A stretch of DNA of 64,000 nt, from assembly GCA_028534125.1 (NCBI GenBank), contig CM052818.1:6326001-6390000 (forward strand). The letters run 5' to 3'. How positions within the stretch are numbered: position 1 is the stretch's first letter; each line of letters starts with the position of its first letter. The position numbers were made by a program, and so were the translations under genes. The notes under the pieces were generated by a model that saw nothing but the letters and a program-made list of their open reading frames with translations, did not search any database and was not told the origin of the DNA. This DNA is from Lama glama (taxonomy: Eukaryota). Shown here piece by piece: positions 48,310-60,970 of the stretch.

Positions 48310-48800
48310 TTTTTCTTTTTATGGAAAAATTGAAACATGTACAAAAGTAGACCAAAAATATAAGAAATCCCCGTGTTCTTTTCACCCAGATTTTACAACT
48401 ATCAACTCACAATCTTATATGATCTAGATTTCTACCCATTATCCCTATTGTATTATTTCAGAGCTCATCCCAAACAGTATATCATTTCATCCACAAATAT
48501 TTCACTGCATTTCTAAAAGGACTCTTTTTTTAAACACAGCTATAATATCACTATCACACCTACAATCTTAATAATTTTTAATATCAAATACCTAGCTAGT
48601 GTTCAAATTTCTAATTGTCTTATAAATGTCATACTTCTTTAATAGTATATTTCCTTTAATAAGGATCCAAATAATGTCTACACATTTCAATTAATTGTTT
48701 CAAGTTTTTTTTCAATCTAGAGATTTCCCTTCAATCTTTTCCTTAAAACTTATTTGTTAAAAGAATTATTTGAGAGTTTCCCAAAATCTAGGTTTTGCCA
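48310..48800 (-). mobile_element. Old L1 (L1MC/MD-type) 3' end
   Basis: 'tttatggaaaaattgaaacatgtacaaaagtaga...aatccccgtgttcttttcacccag...atcatttcatccacaaatatttca...gtgttcaaatttc'. Confidence 0.7.
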
Positions 48801-51272
48801 AAAAGCTTGTCAAAGGATACTCAACTTTTCAAATAATTATTCTCTAAGTGAGAGCAGGAGCAGAGAAGCTGAAGAAGGTATTGATCTTCTGGTGAGAACA
48901 TTTTTATATTTTGCGTAAAGGCTGCTGATGCAATTCACAGAATCACTGGCACGTCGGTTGCTGTCTAGAGTAAAAGAGCCCCAGACTTGTTGCTCTCCCA
49001 GGTCTTCCTTGCTCCTGCTAATGGAAACATTCCAGGAACCACCACCCTGTGTACCCCATTATCGCTCACAGTGTCATTGCTGAGAACCTGCTCTCTGTCT
49101 GCCCTGACAAGCATGGGTTTATGCAACAGGAACTCGTGAAGATGCAAGTTTAAAGGTAAAAGAGAAACAAAAAGTAGGAGAATGAAAGGGTGAGGAAGGT
49201 AAATGCAGCCAAAAGCAGGAGACTTGGGGATTATGGGTGAATAGGAGGGCAGGCAACCGACGACAGAGGTGTTACAGTCAAGGTGGACAGAAAAGGTTGT
49301 GGTCACTGGGTCTCACGCCCTCGGTTTGGGATGAGACATTTGGGCTGGGAAGAGGAATCTCTTACCCTTTGCTCTGCCGTTAACACAACTCTGCTCCCGC
49401 AGACCAACACCATTTAAACAACTCAGTGGTTGTAGGAGATTCATTCTGACCCGAGTCATCATGACGGCTCCGATATGGCTCTGCAGTCACGGCCGTCAGC
49501 ACTGGGCAAACTGTGGGCCTAACAGCTACGTGGTTCCGCACACAAGAGCCCGAGGTGAGGATTGTCCCCTTTATACACAACAGTAAGCTTCTAGAGCACT
49601 CCATACTACAGCGGATTACATGGAAATAACCATAGCTAGTTGTCAGAGGAACAACAGAAAGCAGCTGAACACCCTGGTAAAATAAAAGTGGACCCTATTT
49701 GTGGACATTTAAAATATACTGTATCTTCTTTTGATTCTCTTTGACTGTCACCATCAGCTTTGAAATTTAACAAAATGTTTCTCATGGGAAAAAGCGCTCC
49801 AAATTGCTACTACACCGTGAGGTACTCTGAGCCCCTGATGAGAAAAACATGAGAATTTTCGGTTCTGGCAATGGGGGTGATGCTCGTTGAAGACTTACCT
49901 TCCCACTGAGAACGGCTGGAGTACCGGGACAAAAACTGTCTTAACCTGTCTGAAGGCTTCAGTGAGGACTCGAGCAGCCAAACAGTACTGGAAGGGCTAA
50001 TGACTGAGAAGTCTCCAGAACTGATAAGAGGAAACAAGCCACAAACTCAGGAAGCACTATAAATCCCGAACAGATTTACTGTCAAAAGAGACGGGGGTGG
50101 GGAATCCCACATCTTCACAAACATAGTAAAACTTCTGAAGAGAAAGAGAAAGTCCTTCGTGCCAGGGGACTACATCTTCTGTAGAACAGTAAGACCGACA
50201 GCTAAATTCCCAACAGAAGCAATAGGAGCCAGGAGACAATGAAATGATATTTTCAAAGTGCTGAGAGAAAACGACTGAGCTTCCACCTCCAATCCTGTGA
50301 AGTAACTCCTGCCAGACCCAAATTTCCCACAGATCACAACTACACATTCTGGACAAAATTCAAAAAAAAATAAATAAACAACATTTCAAAGGCACAACAG
50401 AGTGAGAAAGGCACATTGATTGTGAAGGAGAGTAGACGCTCGGGGCAAAGGAGCAGCATACGAGGATTTACTCACTTTTATGGCGTGTGGTCTGAGTGCA
50501 GGCCAAGGTCATTGCTGCACAGGATGCATCCAATAGAACTCCACTCGAAAACCCACATCATTATTGGCTTGAAAGGAAACAGAAAATAGAGTTCTGGGTA
50601 ACCATGAGCACAGAAAGTGAGAGGGAAATTCCGGAAAGGGGAAAACCACAATGCCTGGGTTTAAACTCTGCCCAAATCTCTGGCTGACACCCGAACCACA
50701 TGCACAGGGTGGATTCCAGCTAAGAGCATAAGCCGCAAACACCTGTGGGGCAAAAATCAAAAGGCCTAACATATATGTAACCAGAATTCCAGAAGAAGAA
50801 AGAGAGATGGAGGCATAAACAATTTTTAAAGAAATAATTGCTGAAATGTCCCTGAGTTTAGTGGAAGTCGTAACTTACAGACTTGGGAAACTCAGCGATG
50901 AACAAGGAGGGCATACACAAAGAAAACCACCCCAGTTACAACAGACTCAATCTGCTGAGCACCAAAGATGAAGAGAAAATCTGGAAAGCACTCAGAGAAA
51001 AATACACATAATGTACAGCAGAAAAATAATTAGAAATACCACTGAGCTCCCATCAGAAACTAGGAGGCCGGGGACAGTGAGTGACAAGTCATTTAAAGGA
51101 CTGAAACAAAAGGCTGTCAACCAAGAGTTCTATACCCAGTGGAAATGTACTTCAAGAACTGAGGCCAAGAAACAACATTTTCAGATGAAACTTTTAAAAA
51201 AGCTGCCAATTTGCAAGGAAATAACAGTTAAAATATTCCTCAAATATTCCTCATGAGAGTTAAACTTGAATG

Positions 51273-51365
51273 TTTTATTTTTTTTAAGTGAAAGTAGGTT
51301 TACTCAGGGAGATACACACGCCATAGACAGAGTGTGGGCCGTCTCGGATGGCAAGAGAAGTGGCC
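51273..51365 (-). mobile_element. Short polyadenylated ERV-LTR-like 3' fragment
   Basis: Minus strand: ...gagacggcccacactctgtctatggcgtgtgtatctccctgAGTAAAcctactttcactt + A-rich tail; resembles an ERV1 LTR R region ending at its poly(A) site. Confidence 0.55.
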
Positions 51366-51694
51366 AAATAAAGAGGTGTTAGAACACAGGTGACTTACTA
51401 CCAGCAGCCCTGTAATAAAGGAAATTCTAAGAGAATTCTTCAAGCAGAGGAAAAGGATCCCAAATGGAAGCCACAGATGCAGAAAGGAATAAAGAGCCAC
51501 AAAAATGTGAAGAATGTGGATGAACCTAAATGAATATATAATGTGAGAAGAAGAAGAGTACCATGGGATTTAAAATATACAGAGAATAAACATAAATGAC
51601 AGAAGTAACACAAAATCAGGAGTCAAGTGGATACGGCTAAAGTATTCTAAGGTCCTTTCATTGTCTGGGAAAGAATAAAAGTACAATTCAGAGA

Positions 51695-52028
51695 CAGTAT
51701 AATCTAATATGTACCACCCAGACATCTTCACTTCAAGACTTAAGGACCTATTCCTTCAGCTCTCTCTGAGCTTAAGAAGGCCACCAGGGCAGCCGGTATC
51801 TAAGGACTTGTCAACGTGTGGATATAAAAGCCTGACCTCCTCACCCAACTCTGAAGAGCCATCCAGCTTCAGAGGTCCCCTGGGGGTGGCTATCAGCATT
51901 TGTTGTAATTGCATTGCAACCTAACCTGTCCTCCTGCCAAACTTGCTTCCTTTACTTCCCTTGCACAGGTGACAAGCCCAGGAGCATCTGCGCACTAGTC
52001 TTCCTGAACATCTGAGTCTGTCTCCTGG
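51695..52028 (+). mobile_element. LTR16-family (ERVL) solo LTR
   Basis: 'gccatccagcttcagaggtcccctgggggtggct...tttgttgtaattgcattgca...cacaggtgac...ctgagtctgtctcctggggaacc'; TATA-like gatataaaag at 51821. Confidence 0.7.
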
Positions 52029-52269
52029 GGAACCTATCTCACCGGCAACATTATATTAGATTTGCGTAAGTCAAGGGGGTATGTTTAAATTCTAGGGTAT
52101 CTCTAAAAAGGTAGTAAAGCAAAAAATAAAATTAATAAACTAATAGAAGAGAGAACTGGAATAATAAAAAGTAATTTGTCCAAAATAAGGCAAGAAAAGA
52201 GACTGAAAGGTGGGACAAACAGAAAATAAATAGTAAAAAATTTAAAGACTGAAACAAATTGGCCTGATG

Positions 52270-53080
52270 ACGGTTACACTTACGAAAAAATACTCAACCG
52301 TGACTATTCAGGGAATTGCAAATTAAAGCAATACCATTATTCATCCATCAGATTTGGAAAAAGTAAAAGAATGATATACCATTTAGGACTGGCAACGTTT
52401 AGGATTATGGGCACTCTCAGATATTGCTAGCGGGAATGTGAACTTTTACCACCATCTGCAAAAGTAATCTGGTAGTGCATATTTAAATTAGAAACATATT
52501 TGTATTTACCCTTTGTGGCAGAAACTGGTTCACTGTTCACAAAACCTGTCTCCTCTTCCTCCTGGGCACACCTAGACTCCATCTGCCAGACTCCTTTGCA
52601 GCAAGTGACTGAGTCCCAGCTCAGGTATGATACTTGACCCACTTGTTGAAGGTAGCAGAATCCCCACAAGCTGGTCCCCTGAATGGCTAAGTAGAGCAGA
52701 GACACCTGAGTACCTGGGACAAACTAAGACTTTGATTTTGTCTGAAAAATACATTCAAGCGTCTATTTATTACAGCAGTTAGCATATAATCTAGACGTCA
52801 TTTTACTCAACAGTGTCACTTCTAGGTATCTGTCTTTAGTGTAACAACAGTACATAAGACTCTATATATGAGGAGACATCTAACTGGAAAAACTAGAAAC
52901 AACTTAAGTAACCATCAGTAAGGAAAGAGCTGAATAAACTGTAATGCTGATATAAATGCTTAGTACAATCTTGTTTTCATGGAAGGAAAAAAACACAACA
53001 TATATACACCTGTGTATATTTGGAGGTAAGGGTACAAAGACACAAATCAGGTTGTAACATCAGTTACCTCAGAGGGGCAA
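52270..53080 (+). mobile_element. L1ME-type 3' region interrupted by MLT1
   Basis: 'tcagggaattgcaaattaaagcaatacca...catccatcagattt', 'gcactctcagatattgct', 'aaaactagaaacaacttaag...gctgaataaactgt'. Confidence 0.55.
52514..52792 (+). mobile_element. MLT1 (I/J-like) LTR, internally deleted
   Basis: Starts 'tgtggcagaaactgg...tcctcttcctcctgggcacacctagact...tccttt gcag'; ends 'tttattacagcagttagcata'. Confidence 0.65.
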
Positions 53081-53889
53081 GGATGGGAGACTACAGGTTA
53101 CAGGAAAGGGAAAAAAAAAGATTACAGCAGAAAAGAAGCATACTTCAGTATAAAACTGAATGAAAATACAGAATATAAAATTGAATCATAAAATATTGAA
53201 GCAAATATGTAAAAACTGAATATGTATGTAGATAAGGATGAGAAGATAATGTCAACTTACATAAAATTCATTTTTGTCTTAAATGTTAATATTTTAATAT
53301 TACTTTTATAATAAAAGAATACTGGAAAATGAAAGGAACTGGCTTAGGCCCTCCCTGGATTGGGCAGTTGATGCCCCATAGTTGACATTATAAAACTGAA
53401 CAACCTGGATTTTGGGGATATGCACGGGTGTTGGGTTGTGTGGCTGCACTGTTGAGCCCAAAGGGCCAGAGGGCGGTGTCTTTCCTGAAAAAAAAAGTGG
53501 ATACTATTGTCAGTCATCCCAGTAGAGTTCAGACCCGAAATAAGAAATGAGGACTGAAAAGTTCAGATCACCAACTTCAATGCGGGAGGTGGAGGCAGTG
53601 TCCCCTCACACCACCAAGCAATTCTCTCACACCAGCTGGGCGTCCTGCAATTTAATTCAATTTAACACTCCCTACACAGGAATAAAGAATTTAAAAATAA
53701 ATAAATAAAGCAAGATGTTGAACCCCCTATGACAGAATTGTAAAGAAAAGTTCTTATCATCAGCTTTGTGACTCTTGCTCTCAATGATATAAAATGCTGA
53801 AGTTGAAGAAGCTGAGAATCAGAGAGGCTTTCATTCCCTACCAGTGTGTGCTCCATCTCACCATCCTCTATAGGTTTGGATTCAACTGC

Positions 53890-54280
53890 AAGGGAGAGCA
53901 AAACCAAGACAGCAGTGACTTCTGAACTCTACTTCTCGCCCACGTAAATATCTAAGTTAATGATTCAGGGCTGCAATGGTGACTCCATCCACACTCCCAC
54001 CAGTAGGAAGGCTAAAAGGAAAGGAGAAAGTGTCCTTCTTCTAAGGACATTTCCTAGAGGTTACACACACACACACTCTTTCTCTCACGTTGGCCAGGAC
54101 GTGGTGACACAGCCAAACAATTCTGGTTACAAGGGGATGGGAGGAGATGGAGATATGCAGTCTTGATGCTGGGAAGCCAGGTCCTCAGTTAAAAGTCTAA
54201 GGCTGCATCACCATGGAGGAAGGGCAGTACAGATCCAGCAAGGAACCTAGCTGTTTCTTCCACAACCCACCCCTTTAGCC
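53890..54280 (-). mobile_element. Old MLT1 (K/L-like) LTR
   Basis: 'ccttcttctaaggacatttcctagagg...cacgttggccaggacgtggtgacacagcca...tacaagggg...atgcagtctt'. Confidence 0.5.
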
Positions 54281-55149
54281 CTAAAACGACAGCACCCTTT
54301 TTAGAAGACACAGAACACACCCATAGGCTCCATAAAAGAAGACGAAGACTTGAGCAGTAACTGCATTCGCTTAAATCCAGGACATGTGAGTAACGCTCAG
54401 TCTTGTCCACCAGGCCTGGCTATAGCTCTTAACGCTCAAGCAGTCTGTATACTAAATGTAAGTTATCTTACCATCACACACCTGAAATGAAACTGGGAGG
54501 GAAAAGGCAAGATAATAGCAATAAAAAAAAATCCCATTTGGAAATGGGGAAAATGGGAAATGTCCAGAAGTCACTGGTCTGTAACTACAGTCGCAGCCCA
54601 CTGGTCAGGAGCAGCAGACGTCCCCTGCCTTAATTGTGGAGTAAGTTCCCTACTTAGACCCCCTGACAGCCTCTCGTTCTCCTTCCTGAGAAGAATTCCC
54701 TTGTCCACCAGCCCTGGCTTTGCCCTCTGGAAGGTTCTTCCTTATCCATCACCCTCTTGACCTCATCTGAAATGGGCCTTGGAGAGCACACAGCACCCTC
54801 TTTCACCCTCCTCTTTCTGCTAATGCCGGTTCAGGAACCCAGGCATTACTATAGAGGTTGATGGGTCACGGACTTCTTTTTTCCAATAGAATTCCTTCAG
54901 ATTCTTAGTTTGACCTCCAGTCTGCTTGTTTCTATGTGAAAAACCATGGTGAAAGATCTCATCTAGACAGAGTTTTTAAGCCTAACGTATCAGGCCTTTT
55001 ACCTGCTGGCCACACTCCTCTCTCAGCAGAGCAGCAACAGAAACAAAAGGCTCGGAGGACTTCTGATTTTTACAGCCTGCTAAGCTGGTTCCCACCAAAG
55101 GGCAGAGAACTCTTCAAGGAAGGTGCTTGAAGAGGGCTTGGGGCTACGG

Positions 55150-56035
55150 TGCTACATCTTAACAGGGCTGCCATTTGTAGCCACTTCTTGAAACTGCTTC
55201 AATTTGGGCTTTTTCAACATTTCAAAGACCCTAATTACTAGACTCTCAGTCAAATTAGAATGCAGGCAGCAGCCAAAGTGTCTCCCTTAGCAAAGTAATC
55301 TTTCCATCCCTGCTTGCAGCCATACCAACTCTCGACTGAATTCAACCCTCTTGCAGGACTTGGCTAAAATCGGCAAGAAGCAGACACCACCACCAACATT
55401 CTGACCTTTCTTTTACCATTTCCATTAATATGGGGCCTGCCTTCCAAGGTACAGCAGATGACAATTTGACCAAATGTTTTGCCACCACATAACAGGGTCA
55501 CCATCTTTCTAGCCAGCAATCTCTGTGCCCCTGTGGCCCACCACCTGCCCAAGGTCAGACTCAGCACTCCATTTCAGGATAAAATTCTGAGTGAGTTAGC
55601 ATTAAGGACAGTTATGTCAGGAGACCCATGATACCAGTGGGTTTTAAACATGGAAGCTTACTTCTCTCTCGGGTGGGAGTTTCAGTAGACTATCCATGTA
55701 TGCTGGCTCCACACACCAGGGACCCAGACTCCTTCTAGCCTGTTGCTCCATCTCCACTTCTAGGACCAACAGGGCTCTTCCAGCCCAGCCAACTGCATCC
55801 CATCCATTAGGGAAGAGAGATGAGGAGAAGAGAATGCCTTCTTCTTTTAAACACATTTCCTGAAAATCGCCTACACTACTTCTATTCAATATGCCATTGA
55901 TCAGAATCTAGTCACAAGGCCATGTCTAGCTGCAAGGGAAACTGAGGAATGTAGTCTTTGATCTGGGAAGTCATGTATGCACTGTGGAGAGAAGTGGAAC
56001 AAATATTGGGGTGTAACTAGTATTTTCTGCTAAAG
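55150..56035 (-). mobile_element. MaLR internal remnant plus adjoining old MLT1 LTR
   Basis: 'ggcctgccttccaagg...gacaatttgaccaaatgttttgccaccacataaca' (MLT-int-like); 'ccattgatcagaatctagtcacaaggccatgtctagctgcaagggaaactgaggaatgtagtcttt' (MLT1 LTR). Confidence 0.6.
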
Positions 56036-56665
56036 TGGTTCTTCCCCGTACCTCAAGCCTAGTGGAAGGAACTTCAGGGAGGCCAGCTAGAGCTTGTCCA
56101 GTCTCCTGAGGTCTGTGGAGCTGGTGTCAGACCCCTTCATGGACAAGCCTCAGAGATTGTCTAGGGTAATTACTTGGTCTGAAAGCAGAGAGAGGAGGGT
56201 GTGGCCCACATGACTGAAACAGAGCCAGCCTGGCACCACCTTAAAGGGACTTTGTCTAGGATAACCTTCTGGGGAGGCACTGTATCTATGTGAATCAGCT
56301 TGCTGGACAATCAAAGGAACTGCAGAGAAGAGATTCCCAGAGATGAAGGCAGTCTCTGAAGAACACACAAATGCTCACCCCTGCCCGCCAAATGAATCTG
56401 TCTGAACACCTGCCACAGCCAGAGGAAGCCATGTCACACACACCAACGCCCAGTACACTAGACCCCTCCTCCCTCCATCAGCACTGCAACCGCAGAGCAG
56501 TCAGCAACTCTGATGAGCGAGCTGGCAGACAGGAGAGGGCTGTAAGGTGAGGAGCAGAAGCCTCCCTGGCCTTCCCCTCCGGCCAGAAGGAGAGAAGGGG
56601 AGAAGCTGTCATCTGGAATAAACTTTGAAGTTTCCATTATTTCTCTAGAACTTCAGGTCTCATTT

Positions 56666-56845
56666 CAGTGGTTCTCCATTCCAGCTGCCCACTGGAATCA
56701 CCTGGGGAGCTTTTAAAATTCCTGATACCTGAACCCTGTCTCCAGAGGTGCTGATTTCATTGGTTTGGGGAGCAGCCTGGACATGGACATTTTTTCAAAA
56801 CCACCCAGACAATGCTGATGGGCAGCCTGGGTTGAAAACCAAGAT
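56666..56845. mobile_element. MER5-family DNA transposon
   Basis: 'cagtggttctcc...ggaatcacctggggagcttttaaaa...ctgatttcattggtttggg...gcagcctgggttgaaaacc'. Confidence 0.8.
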
Positions 56846-56874
56846 GGTAATACTGAATTAAGAACATTTTTTGC

Positions 56875-57376
56875 AATGAATAAAGAACATGTGGTATATA
56901 TATACAATGGAATACTACTCAGCCATAAGAAAGAATGAAATAATGCCATTTGCAGCAACATGGATGGACCTGGAGATGCTATTATTACTAAGTGAAGCAA
57001 GTAAGAAAGAGAACGGCAAATGCCATATGGTATCACTTATATGTGGAATCTAAAATATGACATAAGTGAACTTATTTACAAAACAGAAACAGACTCACAG
57101 ACTTAGAAAACAAACTTACAGTTACCAAAGGGGAAAGGGGATGGGGAAGGGATAAATTAGGAGTATGGAATCAGCAGATACAAACTGCTATATATACAAC
57201 AGATAAACAACGAGGTCCTACTGTACAGCACAGGGAACTATACTCAATATCCTGTAATAAACCATAATAGAAAAGACTATAAAAAAGAATACATATACAT
57301 ATATAACTGAATCACTTTGCTGTACACTAGAAATGAACACAATATTGTAAATCAACTATATCGCAAGAAAGAAAGA
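56875..57376 (+). mobile_element. Relatively young 5'-truncated L1 3' end (cetartiodactyl type)
   Basis: 'tacaatggaatactactcagccataagaaagaatgaaataatgccatttgcagcaacatggatggacc...cagatacaaactgctatatata...gtacagcacagggaactatactcaatatc'; TSD aagaacatttt (56860-56870) / aagaatatttt (57377-57387). Confidence 0.92.
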
Positions 57377-60300
57377 AAGAATATTTTCACCAACAAAAGA
57401 CTGTGGAGTGACCAGAAAAGTGACAGAACTTGCCCTAGATCTCACCCCAGGAGGGAGAACCAGCCCCACAGCCCAGGCACGGAAGGAAAGAGCAGTGACA
57501 TTTTGTGATCACACCCGGAGCAAGCCTCACTTTCAAACCGGCAGTTACATAAATTCTACCTCCTTCTTGGAGATTAGAAGCCTCTTCAGGGCAAGGGCCA
57601 TGACTTAGGATTCTCTGGGTCTCCCACACTGCCCTGCACTTGCTAAATCCATTAGAGAGAGCTTAAGTAATGCTTGCTGCCCTGTGGTTAACCTCTGACC
57701 TCCACGCAGGGAAAAAGTGAAAGGCCCTTTGTTATGCCCAGGGCAAACTAAGATGACTCGAAGACAGCCTTGAACTATAGCTTGGAGTCAACAAAAAGAT
57801 AGAAAGTACATGAAATACAGTCATTACGAAGTGGTTGGAAATTTTTGTCTCCCCATGACCAGTTTCTATGGTCCAGATTGTGACCTCTTTATTGAAACTG
57901 TCCTGCATTTGAGGAAGTTTTTGTCTTCCAAATGCAAGAGAAGGGCTGGCTTCTTCACCGCTCCTAACTAGATCCTGGCAGAGCACCCTGGCTCCTCACA
58001 CGCCATCACCACGACCACCACCCTCAGTCATGGGGAGCCCTGACCCATGAATAAAGACAGTTGCACTGACAGGAGGCGGGAAAAGAGCCAAGAACTTGCA
58101 AAACCATCAGCTAAATCCAAGAGCAGCTTTAGTCTGTCAACACAAGAGATGTCATGTCCCAAAATAGCCAGAGCACCAGGATCCCACAGGAGATGGTTCT
58201 CAAAGTGTTCTGCATTCCCCCAAGACCACGTTTATTGTATGAATCCATCAAACAGATGGGGGCTGACTGCCAGATGCATCATGCCCCAAGGCGGGACACT
58301 TCCATGTGAATGGGTCCTGAAGCTTGTTATCCAAAGAGCACCCTTCTCACAATCTAAAAAGGAAAAGCAAATCATCTTAAGCCCACCCTAGTACCAAAAC
58401 TAGCCTTCTCTACCACCAGCCGCTGTCTTTCATCCCGTTCAAAGACATTTTTTAACTAAAAATTGAGCGTACTCTGTCATGAGCCCAAGCTCAGACAGAC
58501 GGCTACTTAAACTGCATTTGACAAAAAGCGCCTTCCAATTCTGATGTACTTTTCTAGACTTTTCCCAGCAGAGGGAATCCCACACATGGAAGGTACGTTC
58601 ACCCAAAGATGAGGTCCCTTGTTCAGTCAGACATGAAAAGCTTTACCCCACTGTCCCCCATAGTATGTCATCACCAGGAAAGTTGGCTCCCTTCTAGAGG
58701 AATCAATAAAAAGGTCCCCTGATACTTGCAATGCTGCTTACAGCACCCACATTATCGTCAAGAAGCACACACCGTGCCCACCATCCTGGGTAGCTCCAAT
58801 AGCACCACGCCAGGAGCCCCAGTCTTTGGTTTTAATCACGTATTAACCCCTGGAACGTTGGACAAGCAAAGCGTTTGATGATGACGATAATGAGTGGCCC
58901 ATTAAAGGTAAGTTTTTTTTTAAGTTAACGAGCTCTCCCTGAAGAACGGCCACGTACTGTACTGAAAAATGTCCGGAGGACGCACTGCACTCTCGCGCTA
59001 TTTATTTAACTTTATGTGGAGGCCATAAAACTTCTTTATTTGCTTTCAGTTAGCCCACAGGTTTTGACAAGATAAATTTTTATTTAGGTCTCTGCCCAGC
59101 TACAATCAGAAACAGGAGGCTTGCTTTCCAAAGCCAGGCTGATAGATGGACTAATCAAAGTGCTCCCCACCCTGCTCGCCTTCCAGCAACCACAGAGATC
59201 AACGGACGGAGTTTTTCCTTAATTAAAGAAACTCAGCAACAAGGTGATTTATCGATGATGAATCTTGCAGGCCTTTTCATTGTGCGGTCACTGTTGGCCA
59301 CTGTTTGAAATTTACCAACATAAATAAAGGCTCTCCATGACTAAACAAAGTTAAAGTAGCAATAAATTGAGCCTGCCATGTACACTGGGCTAGATCTGAA
59401 GCCAACATAAATACCAGAATGCCTTGGCCGTGACACGCTTGACACAGTGACATCATGCACTCCCAGAGAGAGCGGCCCGGCCCAGGCCACAGCCTAACGC
59501 TTCATACAGTTCTCCCAGATGAATCAAACTGCACTGGTCTAGACTCGGTTGCACCCCGTGCTCAACTTCTGGCTCCCCTGCCCTCTGCTGTCGAGCGATC
59601 ACATTAAAAAATAATCTATACCCTGATCTAAATTTCGCTTTTTCTGCATGATTAAATTTTGGCAGGAGTAAACCTCTGTTATTCTCACTCCCCGGGAATG
59701 TTTGGAGAGTTACTAAAAACTGGGGATTTATCAGCTTAAGGGCCAGCGGCCAGGGTGAGACGCCGAGGCCTGCCTGCAGCGACCCTCAGCGGGAGACGAG
59801 CCCACGGGCTGCAGGGGACCCCGGGTGTTAATAAGGGGGCAAAACTCTGCTCACTTGAAAACACCTCCACGCTGGCCTCTCTCACTGGCCGAGGACTCAG
59901 CTTGGCCCCATCTGGCAAGAGGCTATCGTGAAACACCTTGGCAAAACTGGGAAGTCAGCTCAATGGGGGCTCAAGGCCCCCCAGTTCTATTACTGCCGGG
60001 AGATGAAAAGGGGGGAGGAAACCTTTCAGAATGTGCACACAGGACATCAAATTAAAAATGGAGAAAATCTAATAACTAATTGGTGAAACCATAAAAGATG
60101 CCATAAAAGACATTTTCCTTAAACTACTTTACACAGGGCTGTATAATTTTATGTCACTTTTTATTTATGTTGCTGTAATGAAAGCTGGGCTGGGAGCAGA
60201 GGCGCTTAGGAAGAAAGGAATTGAACTATTTTTAAAGGCGGGGAGGGGAAGTCCATCTATAGGGCTTCAAACAAGATTAGTTTTGAAATAGAGAGAGGTT

Positions 60301-60869
60301 GAGGAGGAGGAGGTTCACTCCTAAAAGCCCCTGAGCAAAAATGTTTGCAGTGAGCATCTTTCTTACACCTCTGTCCTCTCCACCCCCAAGGCCATAATCG
60401 CTTAACATTTATAAAGTGGGTTCAATGGCGTTTCACAAAGTGAAGGTATGAATTAGATAGATAAACCTATGCTGTTTAAAGACTCATCTTGTGAAACTGG
60501 GTTTTTCGTGTGTGTGAAATATGTGAAAGAGCACGATTTGAGCTTCTATAGGGATCTGTGTAGAAACAAACTCCATTTTAAAAAGGTACTGATGAATCTG
60601 CAAAGCTCCATAGGGCATCACAAGGCCAGATTCAAAGATTCTAGAAAGGCACTGTTTGTTATTACCTAGAAGATCAGACAGGCTCCTTTCCGCTCCCGAT
60701 GTGTTTTGTGACAATTCAGGGAACGTGTACCATCGGGAAAAGGGGAATACGTTGCAAGATAAAAAAAACTCTGGGCAAATTATAAACAAGAGAAATTTAA
60801 AACTGCCTGCACTCCAAAGGGAGGGCCAAGATGGGGGCCCTTGGAGGAAAGATGCTGTTTCTGGGTCTG

Positions 60870-60970
60870 GGGCCACTTGCTTGAGTGTGCTGGGTTTGTG
60901 AGGATTCACTGTACTTTGAGCGTGTATGTTTTCTCTACCTATGTTAAACTTCAATAAAAAGTTTGAAAAA
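60870..60970 (+). mobile_element. L1ME extreme 3' end
   Basis: 'tttgtgaggattcac...ttttctctacctatgttaaacttcaataaaaagttt'. Confidence 0.5.

Larger units (their letters stand above)
49850..52250 (+). mobile_element. Old L1 5' region / ORF1 remnants (two partial ORF1 copies) and downstream sequence
   Basis: Hand translation: LMTEKSPELIRGNKPQTQEAL*IPNR from ~49997 and RPNIYVTRIPEEEREMEA*TIFKEIIAEM from 50762, both resembling L1 ORF1p. Interrupted by LTR-derived inserts. Confidence 0.7.

Noticed and set aside
51231..51252. 11-bp tandem duplication aaatattcctc x2
   Set aside because: Real but trivial slippage inside a decayed L1; no functional implication.
56100..56635. Possible very old LTR (Gypsy-like) remnant
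   Set aside because: Only a vague resemblance (purine-rich end with aataaa); cannot be assigned without a Dfam search.
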